64,000 nucleotides of DNA from an uncultured virus (IMG/VR IMGVR_UViG_3300030085_002155). Lineage: Duplodnaviria; Heunggongvirae; Uroviricota; Caudoviricetes. Made by a program: the position numbers and the translations under genes. Location of the stretch: the IMG/VR virus record IMGVR_UViG_3300030085_002155; one strand, given 5' to 3'. Positions 55,928-64,000 of this stretch are shown piece by piece. The notes under the pieces were generated by a model, which had not been told where the DNA came from, did not search any database, and saw only the letters and a list, made by a program, of their open reading frames with translations. How positions within the stretch are numbered: position 1 is the first letter of the stretch; each line of letters begins with the position of its first letter.

Positions 55928-56979
55928 AGATTGCGATTATTACAGACCAACATTTTGGTGCTCGCAAAAACTCAAAACTATTTCACGATTACTTTCTAGA
56001 ATTTTACGATAAGATCTTCTTTCCCAAGTTGGAGGAGTTAGGTATCACTTGTGTTATCGACATGGGTGATACCTTTGATAATAGAACCGGTATTAATTTC
56101 TCTGCCTTGTCTTGGGCAAAGAGTAATTACTATGACAGGTTGCAAAAGATGGGTGTAACTGTGTGGACATTGGTTGGAAACCACACTGCATACTATAAAA
56201 ATACTAACTCAATCAACGCTGTAGATCTTTTGCTTCGGGAATATGATAATGTTCGGGTAGTTTCCGAGTACAAGGAAGTTTGTATTGATGGGTTGAATAT
56301 CTCTTTCATTCCTTGGATCAACTCTGAGAATGAGGACGTAACTTATTCTAGTATCAAAAAATCAAAGTCTACTGTGGCTATGGGTCACTTAGAACTCAAA
56401 GGGTTTGCAGCTAATAAACAATGCATCATGGATCATGGTGCTGATAAATCCATCTATAAAAATTTTACCAAAGTATTCTCTGGTCATTATCACACCAGGA
56501 GTGTGCAGGATAATGTATTTTATTTGGGCAACCCATATGAAATTTATTGGAATGATGTTGATGATGTCAGGGGATTTCATATCTTTGATACAAATACTTT
56601 AAAAACAACTCCAATCAATAATCCGTACAAAATCTTTCACAAAGTTTACTATGAGGATACTCCTTATCAGTTGTTCGATACTTCTCCATACGAGGACAAA
56701 ATCGTAAAGGTTATTGTAAAGAAGAAGAGCGATCCAAAAAACTTTGAAAGATTCGTAGACAAGTTCTACACTTCTAATGTTTCTGATTTGAAAATTGTTG
56801 AGAATTTTGATTTCAATGGATGGTACAGTGGCAACTCTGATCAAGAACTAGTTGAGTCTGAAAATACTCTTTCTATCTTGCATAGATATATTGACGACTC
56901 TGATACTACAATTGATAAGTCTCAGATCAAAGATCTCATTGGAGAGGTTTACAAAGAAGCTTGTGAGGTGGTAGACTAG
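55924..56979 (+). CDS. gp47: Recombination endonuclease subunit gp47 (Mre11/SbcD-like)
   Basis: TDQHFG, GDTFD, GNH, GHLE, SGHYH metallophosphoesterase motifs. Confidence 0.96.
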   Translation: MKIAIITDQHFGARKNSKLFHDYFLEFYDKIFFPKLEELGITCVIDMGDTFDNRTGINFSALSWAKSNYYDRLQKMGVTVWTLVGNHTAYYKNTNSINAVDLLLREYDNVRVVSEYKEVCIDGLNISFIPWINSENEDVTYSSIKKSKSTVAMGHLELKGFAANKQCIMDHGADKSIYKNFTKVFSGHYHTRSVQDNVFYLGNPYEIYWNDVDDVRGFHIFDTNTLKTTPINNPYKIFHKVYYEDTPYQLFDTSPYEDKIVKVIVKKKSDPKNFERFVDKFYTSNVSDLKIVENFDFNGWYSGNSDQELVESENTLSILHRYIDDSDTTIDKSQIKDLIGEVYKEACEVVD

Positions 56980-56980
56980 A

Positions 56981-57274
56981 ATGGCACAACAGATGTACAT
57001 CTTAAGTTTGGCCGTAGACGGCGAAGAGGATGAAAACACTGGTGCCTATTCTGTTGTAGATGATCTTGGTAACGAAACCATCTTTCTTTTTGAAGAAGAT
57101 GAAGACGCTGAACGATATTCTTCTCAACTTGAAGAACTGGATCACCCAAAACTAAAAGTAATTGAAGTTGATGGTGACCTAGTAAAAAAGGTATGTGAAT
57201 TTCATGACTACAATTATGTGGTCATTTCCTCTGACGACATCATAACCCCACCTAAATTTTATGATCACGTTTAA
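56981..57274 (+). CDS. Hypothetical protein, DUF3110-like
   Basis: GAYSV...LFEEDEDAERYSSQLE pattern shared with cyanobacterial DUF3110 (from recall). Confidence 0.7.
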   Translation: MAQQMYILSLAVDGEEDENTGAYSVVDDLGNETIFLFEEDEDAERYSSQLEELDHPKLKVIEVDGDLVKKVCEFHDYNYVVISSDDIITPPKFYDHV

Positions 57275-58973
57275 AACGATTAGTTGGAAAAATTTTCTTT
57301 CAACAGGAGATCATCCAACAGAAATTAAACTAGACGCTAATCAAACTACTTTGATTGTGGGCACTAATGGTGCCGGTAAGAGTACGGTTCTTGACGCCCT
57401 TACTTTTGCTTTGTTTGGCAAACCGTTTCGTAAAATTAATAAACCCCAACTTGTTAATACTACTAATGAGAAGGATTGTGTTGTTGAAGTATATTTCTCC
57501 GTCAATAATGTTGAGTGGAAAATTAAAAGAGGAATCAAACCAAATATTTTCATCATCGAAAAAAATGGTGTAGTTCAGGATCAAGAGGCCTCTGCTGTTG
57601 AACAACAAAAGTGGTTGGAACAAAATGTTCTGAAGATGAACTATAAGTCCTTCACTCAGATTGTGATTCTGGGCAGTAGCACCTTTGTTCCTTTCATGCA
57701 ACTGTCCTCTAATAATAGGAGAGAAGTTATTGAGGATCTTTTGGATATTAAGATCTTCTCCTCGATGAATGATGTAATCAAAGTCAAACTGCGAAAGTGT
57801 AAGGAAGATATACACTTGCTTGAATTGAAGAAGGATTCTCTGAAAGAGAAAGTCAAGATGCAAACACACTTCATTGATGAAGTAGAGTCTCAGAGTCATG
57901 AGACAATCAATAGTAAGAATGAGGAGATAACGAAATTATCTGAAACTGCCAATGAACTTTGTATTGATAATGTAAAGAAGGCTGAGTCTCTAGATGACCT
58001 ACAAAAAGTTTTGACTTCCTATGAAGGCACGTCAAAAAAATTAAAGGAACTTGGAACTCTAAAGGGAAAAATCTCGCAGAAGGTATCCACAATTACTAAA
58101 GAACATAAGTTCTTTACGGAGAATACGGTTTGTCCCACCTGTACACAGGAAATAGAGGAAGAGTTTCGTGTAAATAGAATTAGTGACGTTCAATCTAGAG
58201 CTAAGGAGTTGCAATCCGGATACAATGAACTTGTATCGGCAATTAAAAAGGAAGAAGAACGAGAACGTCAATTCACCGATCTATCGAAGGAGGTTATTGA
58301 CCTAACACATGGCATTTCTCAAAACAATACTAGGATTTCTGGATACCAACGACAAATCCAAAATCTGGAGTCGGAAATACAAAGAATTACCGATCAGCTT
58401 GCAAACAGAAATTCTGAACATGAGAAATTAAATTCATTTAAAGACAACCTATGTAAAACTTTTAATCAGTTATCTGAACACAAAGAGGGCCAATCAAAGT
58501 ATGAGTTCGTTTATAGTCTTCTGAAAGACGGGGGAGTAAAGACAAGCATCATTAAGAAATACTTACCACTCATCAACCAATCGGTTAATAAGTATCTTCA
58601 GATGATGGATTTCTACATTAACTTCACTCTTGACGAAGAGTTTAACGAAACAGTTCAATCTCCTATCCACGAAGATTTTTCATACTCCTCCTTTTCGGAA
58701 GGAGAAAAAATGAGAATTGATTTGGCTCTCTTGTTTACTTGGAGAGAAGTTGCTAGATTCAAGAACTCCGTAAACACGAATCTTTTGATTATGGATGAAG
58801 TCTTTGACAGTTCATTGGATGGACTTGGAACAGAAGAGTTTTTGAAGATCATCAGATTCGTTATTAAAGACGCAAACATTTTTGTCATATCTCACAAAGA
58901 AAGTTTGCTAGATAAATTTGAACAGACAATCAAATTTGATAAGGTGAAAGGTTTTAGTAGTATGGTGCCATGA
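57261..58973 (+). CDS. gp46: Recombination endonuclease subunit gp46 (Rad50/SbcC-like)
   Basis: GTNGAGKST, CPTC zinc hook, FSEGEK signature, LLIMDEVFDSSLD, VISH. Confidence 0.97.
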   Translation: MITFKTISWKNFLSTGDHPTEIKLDANQTTLIVGTNGAGKSTVLDALTFALFGKPFRKINKPQLVNTTNEKDCVVEVYFSVNNVEWKIKRGIKPNIFIIEKNGVVQDQEASAVEQQKWLEQNVLKMNYKSFTQIVILGSSTFVPFMQLSSNNRREVIEDLLDIKIFSSMNDVIKVKLRKCKEDIHLLELKKDSLKEKVKMQTHFIDEVESQSHETINSKNEEITKLSETANELCIDNVKKAESLDDLQKVLTSYEGTSKKLKELGTLKGKISQKVSTITKEHKFFTENTVCPTCTQEIEEEFRVNRISDVQSRAKELQSGYNELVSAIKKEEERERQFTDLSKEVIDLTHGISQNNTRISGYQRQIQNLESEIQRITDQLANRNSEHEKLNSFKDNLCKTFNQLSEHKEGQSKYEFVYSLLKDGGVKTSIIKKYLPLINQSVNKYLQMMDFYINFTLDEEFNETVQSPIHEDFSYSSFSEGEKMRIDLALLFTWREVARFKNSVNTNLLIMDEVFDSSLDGLGTEEFLKIIRFVIKDANIFVISHKESLLDKFEQTIKFDKVKGFSSMVP

Positions 58974-59692
58974 GAGTTTTAGTTACGGGTCACAAAGGTT
59001 TTATCGGTCGCAATGTTTTTCTTGATTGGCAAGAAACTCTTGGGTACGTCAATGTAGATGGTATTGATAGGCCGGATGATATTGCAGATTTCAAAGGTGG
59101 AGATTATGATCTTGTCATTCACCTAGCGGCATATGCCGACATTAGGGAAAGTTTGAAAAATCCACAACTCTACTATGAAAACAATGTAGTGAAGACGAAG
59201 AAGTTGTTTGATTGGTGTAGAGAAACTAACACTAGACTTCTGTATGCGTCTTCTAGTGCAGTAGAAGAGGATTATTGGGAGAATCCATATGCGATGACAA
59301 AGTGGATCAATGAAATCATGGCACCACCTAATTCGGTTGGTATGAGATTCACCACAGTCTATGGTCCCGACAGTCGTCCCAACATGATGTATCGAATGCT
59401 TGAGGACAAGACCGCAACATATGTGACCAATCACAAACGCGATTGGATTCATGTCAAAGATGTGTGTCGCGCTATTCATTATTTGGCATCTTCACATATT
59501 ACTGGACCTGTTACAATTGGAACTGGTAAATCCACCTCCGTAAAAGAACTTGCCAAGTCCATGGGTATGGAACACCTTCCCACTAGAGAGGATACTCCAG
59601 GAGAAAGAATGGATAATCAAGCGGATGTGACTCTTTTAAAAAGTATTGGGTGGTTCCCCACCATTGATGTTCTAGATCAAACCAATTCATAA
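58970..59692 (+). CDS. NAD-dependent nucleotide-sugar epimerase/dehydratase
   Basis: VLVTGHKGFIG, HLAA, YASSS, YAMTK (YxxxK), RDWIHVKDV. Confidence 0.9.
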   Translation: MRVLVTGHKGFIGRNVFLDWQETLGYVNVDGIDRPDDIADFKGGDYDLVIHLAAYADIRESLKNPQLYYENNVVKTKKLFDWCRETNTRLLYASSSAVEEDYWENPYAMTKWINEIMAPPNSVGMRFTTVYGPDSRPNMMYRMLEDKTATYVTNHKRDWIHVKDVCRAIHYLASSHITGPVTIGTGKSTSVKELAKSMGMEHLPTREDTPGERMDNQADVTLLKSIGWFPTIDVLDQTNS

Positions 59693-59736
59693 ACCGTCCA
59701 CTAGAGACCTCCGGCAGCCGTCGGGGGTCTTATTAT
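59681..59736 (+). promoter_or_regulatory. Palindromic box plus -10 (TATTAT) promoter of the VWA/peptidase gene
   Basis: ACCAATT-N4-AACCGTC-CAC at 59681-59701, 29 nt, TATTAT 59731-59736. Confidence 0.65.
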
Positions 59737-59760
59737 GTTTGTATACCGACGAGTTGATCT

Positions 59761-61932
59761 ATGTCTAACCACGAAGTCAAAGGGACTCTCGCCCGACTGA
59801 TGGCCACGGAAAATCTAATTGTGGAAACCAAGAACGTCAGCACCGCTTCCTTTGATGTGGTCAGTCGTATCTTGACCCTGCCTAACTGGGAGAAGGCGAA
59901 TAACGTTGTATATGATCTGTTGGTTGGTCATGAGGTCGGACACGCCCTCTACACGCCTGAGGCGGATCTCCGCAACTGTCGTGATATTAATCCATCATTC
60001 ATCAATGTTGTTGAAGATGTTCGCATTGAAAAACTGATGAAACGCAAGTTCCCTGGCTTGCGAAAGACGTTTTACAATGGATACCAACAGTTTCATGAAA
60101 ATGACTTTTTTGAACTCGATGGCAAGTCTGTTGATAATATGAGTCTAGTTGATCGTATCAACATTCATTTTAAAATTGGCAATTTTATTGATGTAAAATT
60201 TTCTGAGGATGAAAAATCAATCGTCAAAGGTGTTGAATCTGTCGAAACGTTTGAAGACGTTGTTCACTGGTCCAAAATTCTCTGGGATTACTGTCAAAAT
60301 GCAAGACATCAAGAAAAAATTAAAGAAGGAGGTGAACAGCCTACGAACCAAGACGAAGAATCTTCATCCGATTCTGAGAATCCTAGTCCTTCTATTCCTG
60401 ATTCCACTGGTGGTTCTAGTGATCCCTCCACTCCTAGTAGCGACGACAGCACTCCTGGTGATCCTGGTGAAGGCGATCTGGGTGATGATGACCTTCCTAG
60501 TATGGATGGTGGTGGGGTGGATTCTGGTCACCCTGATATCGATTCTGTTCTGACTCAGGACAATCTTGATAAGGCTCTAGAGTCTTTAAACTCCAGGCAC
60601 GGTTTGGAGTCTAGTTATGTCGAAGTTCCAAAAATGAACCTTGACAAAATTATTGTGTCTAATAATGAGTGTTCTAATCAAATCAAACTTCATTTTGATA
60701 CGCAGGAAAAACTTGCTCCTGGGTGTTATGAAGCCGTGGACATGGAATACTCCAAGTTCAAAAAATCAACCCAGAAAGAAGTTTCGTATCTTGTCAAAGA
60801 GTTTGAATGCAAAAAATCTGCTGATAGTTATCGCAGAACTCTCACTGCCAGAACTGGATCTCTAGACACCACGAAACTTCACACATATAAATTCAATGAA
60901 GATATTTTCAAGAAAATTTCTGTGGTTCCTGACGGCAAAAACCATGGACTGATCTTTGTTCTTGATTGGTCTGGTTCTATGGGCCGAGTTCTTCATGACA
61001 CTGTATGTCAACTAATCACTCTGGTTTGGTTCTGTAAGAGAGTTGGCATTCCCTTTGACGTATATCTTTTCACTAATGACTGGACTCAATGTAGAGTTCA
61101 ACATGATAATTATGAACCAGAACATTATGATCAGGTAGAGAATGCTTTTCATATTCCCAAGTATTTCTCTATGGTGAATATTTTGACCAGTAAAGTTCGG
61201 TCCTCTGAACTTGATAGTCAAATCAAGAATCTGTACAGGATTTCTTATTATTACGGTTCATCGTATGGAGTCTCATATCAAATTCCTGATCAAGCAGGAC
61301 TTTCTGGAACGCCTCTGAACGAGGCTGTCATTAGTCTGAATCAAATTATTCCAGAGTTTCAGAAGAAGAATGGTGTTCAAAAAGTAAACTGTGTTATCTT
61401 GACTGACGGTGAGGCCTGTTCTTCTAAGAAATGTAAGACAGTCACACGCCGCAGTCGATTTGATCTCAATGATGCATATACCACGATGATACATGCTAGT
61501 ATTCCCGGTGGTTCTTATATTCGTGATCGTCAGACAGGACATACACACTCTACTGAAGGTCTTTCCTACTTTGGAGATATCACTGCAGCGTGTTTGCGGC
61601 AACTTAAGACTAGATTTGGAAATAGTAATTTTATCGGTATCCGTCTCATCTCTGGTTCATCTGAACTTTCTTCTTTCTTGAATCGACATGTTGAATATCC
61701 TAAGAGTATTGAATGCCGTAAGATCTGGAAAAAAGAAAAATCTTTCTCTATAAAGACTGATACTTATGATCGATGCATCGCAATCTCAACCACTACTCTT
61801 CGGAATGATTCGACTTTTTATGTGAATCCAGATGCATCTAAGGCACAGATCAAAAGTGCTTTCAAGAAATCTCTCAACAGTAAGAAACTAAATAAAAAAG
61901 TATTGACCGATTTTATTGAAGTAATTTCATGA
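59761..61932 (+). CDS. CobT-like protein: metallopeptidase-like N-domain, acidic linker, VWA domain
   Basis: HEVGHALYT and NVVEDVRIE; S/D/G-rich linker; MIDAS DWSGSM, SGTPL, ILTDGE. Confidence 0.85.
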   Translation: MSNHEVKGTLARLMATENLIVETKNVSTASFDVVSRILTLPNWEKANNVVYDLLVGHEVGHALYTPEADLRNCRDINPSFINVVEDVRIEKLMKRKFPGLRKTFYNGYQQFHENDFFELDGKSVDNMSLVDRINIHFKIGNFIDVKFSEDEKSIVKGVESVETFEDVVHWSKILWDYCQNARHQEKIKEGGEQPTNQDEESSSDSENPSPSIPDSTGGSSDPSTPSSDDSTPGDPGEGDLGDDDLPSMDGGGVDSGHPDIDSVLTQDNLDKALESLNSRHGLESSYVEVPKMNLDKIIVSNNECSNQIKLHFDTQEKLAPGCYEAVDMEYSKFKKSTQKEVSYLVKEFECKKSADSYRRTLTARTGSLDTTKLHTYKFNEDIFKKISVVPDGKNHGLIFVLDWSGSMGRVLHDTVCQLITLVWFCKRVGIPFDVYLFTNDWTQCRVQHDNYEPEHYDQVENAFHIPKYFSMVNILTSKVRSSELDSQIKNLYRISYYYGSSYGVSYQIPDQAGLSGTPLNEAVISLNQIIPEFQKKNGVQKVNCVILTDGEACSSKKCKTVTRRSRFDLNDAYTTMIHASIPGGSYIRDRQTGHTHSTEGLSYFGDITAACLRQLKTRFGNSNFIGIRLISGSSELSSFLNRHVEYPKSIECRKIWKKEKSFSIKTDTYDRCIAISTTTLRNDSTFYVNPDASKAQIKSAFKKSLNSKKLNKKVLTDFIEVIS

Positions 61933-62180
61933 AACCATCTGAACTTATTGCTGATTTTGAAAGACAGATAGAAGATTGTCAGAAGAATATTGGCGCTCTG
62001 AATTCGGCTCTTGTTCGAGAGAACCAAAAACTTTTAAAACTTCAGGGCGCTGTAGAAGGACTTAATATGTTAGAAGATCCTGTGATTACTAAGGGATCTT
62101 CTGTAGAACCTTTTAGTGTTGAGAGTCCATATCATCAACCAGTTGAACAACCGACCACCACAACGCCCGAAGAAGACTAA
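61929..62180 (+). CDS. Hypothetical coiled-coil protein
   Basis: 83 aa, ATGA-coupled; LLKLQGAVEGL heptads. Confidence 0.7.
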   Translation: MKPSELIADFERQIEDCQKNIGALNSALVRENQKLLKLQGAVEGLNMLEDPVITKGSSVEPFSVESPYHQPVEQPTTTTPEED

Positions 62181-62193
62181 GGGGGTCTATAAT
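62138..62193 (+). promoter_or_regulatory. Palindromic box plus -10 (TATAAT) promoter of cobS
   Basis: ACCAGTT-N4-AACCGAC-CAC at 62138-62158, 29 nt, TATAAT 62188-62193. Confidence 0.7.
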
Positions 62194-62217
62194 TAATTCA
62201 GTTAAACAAAACAACTA

Positions 62218-63282
62218 ATGGGTCTCTCCAAAGACAGCATCGTCAATTCTCTTCAAGATCTTTACGGAGAGTCTGTCACCACTGCTGACATCAAAGCCTG
62301 GTGTGCGATGAATGATGTCAACTATCAGACTGTTACCAACAAATTGACTGCCTACAAAGTTAGTCGTGGTAAGTGGAATCTGACGGTGACTGAACAATTG
62401 GAACAAACTTATCAGGCGCCTGCTGCATTGCCTGCTGTTGAACAGAACCTTATCCCTCAAAAAGATGATACCTTCGTCAAGTTTGGCAATTTCAGTGATG
62501 TTAAAAAAATTATTCAGTCCGGTGTATTCTACCCTACGTTTATCACGGGTCTCTCGGGCAATGGTAAAACATTTTCTGTCGAACAAGCGTGTGCCCAACT
62601 CGGACGAGAACTCATCCGTGTAAACATTACAATCGAAACCGATGAAGATGACCTTATTGGTGGTTTCCGCCTTATTGATGGCAACACCGTCTGGCACAAT
62701 GGCCCAGTCATTGAAGCACTCGAACGAGGAGCTATCTTGCTCCTTGACGAGATCGACCTTGCCTCTAATAAAATTCTCTGTCTCCAAAGCATCCTTGAAG
62801 GAAAGGGAGTTTTCCTTAAAAAAATCGGACGACGAGTTGACCCTGCAAGTGGATTCAACGTCATCGCCACTGCCAACACTAAAGGTAAAGGTAGCGACGA
62901 CGGACGATTCATTGGAACTAACGTGCTCAACGAAGCATTCCTCGAACGATTCCCAGTAACTTTTGAACAGGAGTATCCTACTTCTGCTACTGAACAGAAG
63001 ATCCTTAACAAACTTTGCTCTGATGATGACTTCTGTAAGCGTCTTTCTGACTGGGCTGATATCATCCGCAAAACCTTCTACGATGGTGGCGTTGATGAAG
63101 TTATCAGTACCCGCCGATTGGTTCATATTGTTCGTGCTTATAATATTTTCAACGACAAAGCTAAAGCAATTCAAGTTTGTGTGAATCGTTTTGATGACGA
63201 AACCAAACAGGCTTTCATCGATCTTTATGATAAGGTTGATGCCGATTTTGTGATGCCCGTTGACGAAGAGATTGCCGCCTGA
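62218..63282 (+). CDS. cobS: CobS-like / MoxR-type AAA+ ATPase
   Basis: GLSGNGKT (Walker A), LLLDEID (Walker B), ATANTKG, NEAFLERF, ISTRRL. Confidence 0.9.
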   Translation: MGLSKDSIVNSLQDLYGESVTTADIKAWCAMNDVNYQTVTNKLTAYKVSRGKWNLTVTEQLEQTYQAPAALPAVEQNLIPQKDDTFVKFGNFSDVKKIIQSGVFYPTFITGLSGNGKTFSVEQACAQLGRELIRVNITIETDEDDLIGGFRLIDGNTVWHNGPVIEALERGAILLLDEIDLASNKILCLQSILEGKGVFLKKIGRRVDPASGFNVIATANTKGKGSDDGRFIGTNVLNEAFLERFPVTFEQEYPTSATEQKILNKLCSDDDFCKRLSDWADIIRKTFYDGGVDEVISTRRLVHIVRAYNIFNDKAKAIQVCVNRFDDETKQAFIDLYDKVDADFVMPVDEEIAA

Positions 63283-63288
63283 TATAAT
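63260..63288 (+). promoter_or_regulatory. sigma70 promoter
   Basis: TTGACG-17 nt-TATAAT with extended -10 TG, overlapping the cobS stop. Confidence 0.7.
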
Positions 63289-63801
63289 ATGACTAACTCT
63301 TGGTCTTTACTATTTGATGAAATGAACCCGTCTGATATTGATTTTATTAGTGCCAACGGTGGATTTGAATACACTCCCGAATCTTGGGTTTACGAATCTC
63401 CCGATAAAGGCAAAACTGTAACTCGCCGCCGACCCGGTGCCGATTATACTGAGAGGGAGGTAATTCAAACTCCCGATCTTCCTGATGTTCCTAAGAATGA
63501 CAACGGATTCTGGAAGTATCATGAGGATGTGATCCTCAAAGAGATTCGTGATTATCTTGGTGGCACTTACAATGCACACTATGCTTCTCCTGAATCTAAA
63601 ACTCAGACACTTGATCTGATCGAAGGCATTGGTGATGCAGAACCATTCTGTAGATCTAATGCAATCAAATATCTCTCTCGATTCGGTAAGAAAGGTGGTA
63701 AGTCTAAACAGGACATCCTGAAGGCAATTCACTACTGCATCCTTCTCTACCATTTCGCTGGCCTCTGTAATGAAAATTCGACCCCCTATGAAACTTTCTG
63801 A
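63289..63801 (+). CDS. DUF3310-like conserved phage protein
   Basis: KYHED.ILKEI.DY..TYNAHY, FCRSNAIKYLSRFGKK...DILKAIHYC. Confidence 0.75.
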   Translation: MTNSWSLLFDEMNPSDIDFISANGGFEYTPESWVYESPDKGKTVTRRRPGADYTEREVIQTPDLPDVPKNDNGFWKYHEDVILKEIRDYLGGTYNAHYASPESKTQTLDLIEGIGDAEPFCRSNAIKYLSRFGKKGGKSKQDILKAIHYCILLYHFAGLCNENSTPYETF

Positions 63802-64000
63802 TAAAACTCTGACTCTGCTCAAGAACTTCTCCAACATCAATCAGTCTATTCTGTTTAAGGAAGGAGATTCTCTTCGCACTATCAGTGTGATGAAAAATAT
63901 CCTTGCGGAGGCTCGTGTTGAAGAATCCTTCCCCAAGGATTTTGGTATCTATGATCTCAATCAGTTCCTGAACGGACTGTCTTTGCACCAGAAACCCGAA
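63788..64000 (+). CDS. gp45: Sliding clamp gp45, 3'-truncated by window edge (not in ORF track)
   Basis: MKLSDKTLTLLKNFSNINQSILFKEG..LRTISVMKNILAEA...FPKDFGIYDLNQFL. Confidence 0.93.
   Translation, partial: MKLSDKTLTLLKNFSNINQSILFKEGDSLRTISVMKNILAEARVEESFPKDFGIYDLNQFLNGLSLHQKPE

Noticed and set aside
41277..58973. Inteins, introns or homing endonucleases in gp17, gp20, gp23, uvsW or gp46
   Set aside because: Proteins are of normal length with contiguous motifs; the 42923 zinc-finger ORF has no nuclease domain
62215..63174. 319-aa and 180-aa minus-strand ORFs antisense to cobS
   Set aside because: Shadow ORFs of a well-conserved gene; no independent evidence
1..64000. tRNA, rRNA, CRISPR arrays, integrase or transposase
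   Set aside because: No cloverleaf, repeat-spacer array or recombinase motifs recognised by eye; tRNAscan-SE and Infernal would be needed to exclude them fully

Overview
64 kb of a T4-like marine cyanophage (Kyanoviridae-type myovirus), with essentially all genes on the + strand. Bases 1-5300 form an accessory/early region of small hypothetical ORFs, sigma70-type promoters, terminators and structured intergenic DNA. Bases 5300-52400 are the virion morphogenesis block: gp25, gp6, a 4208-aa gp7, gp8, a VrlC-like protein, gp13-gp23 and gp3, with TAAATA late promoters. Bases 52400-64000 carry recombination, replication and transcription genes: uvsY, uvsW, gp55, gp47, gp46, an epimerase, a CobT-like VWA/CobS AAA pair and the start of gp45. 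No tRNA, CRISPR array, intron or intein was seen. The main non-routine signals are: (1) an origin-like locus at about 2620-2950 with four DnaA-type boxes, an AT-rich tract and back-to-back sigma70 promoters, one firing an apparently non-coding RNA into the boxes; (2) an 18-bp palindromic box at a fixed distance from a -10 hexamer at five promoters, including those of the CobT/CobS pair; (3) a dense cluster of palindromic restriction/methylation sites; (4) a triple His/Tyr repeat with Arg/Gly linkers inside the VrlC-like protein; (5) a fibritin-foldon-like motif in the gene after gp16; (6) a candidate gp21-processed polyprotein. All product calls come from recognising motifs and synteny by eye; no database searches were run.
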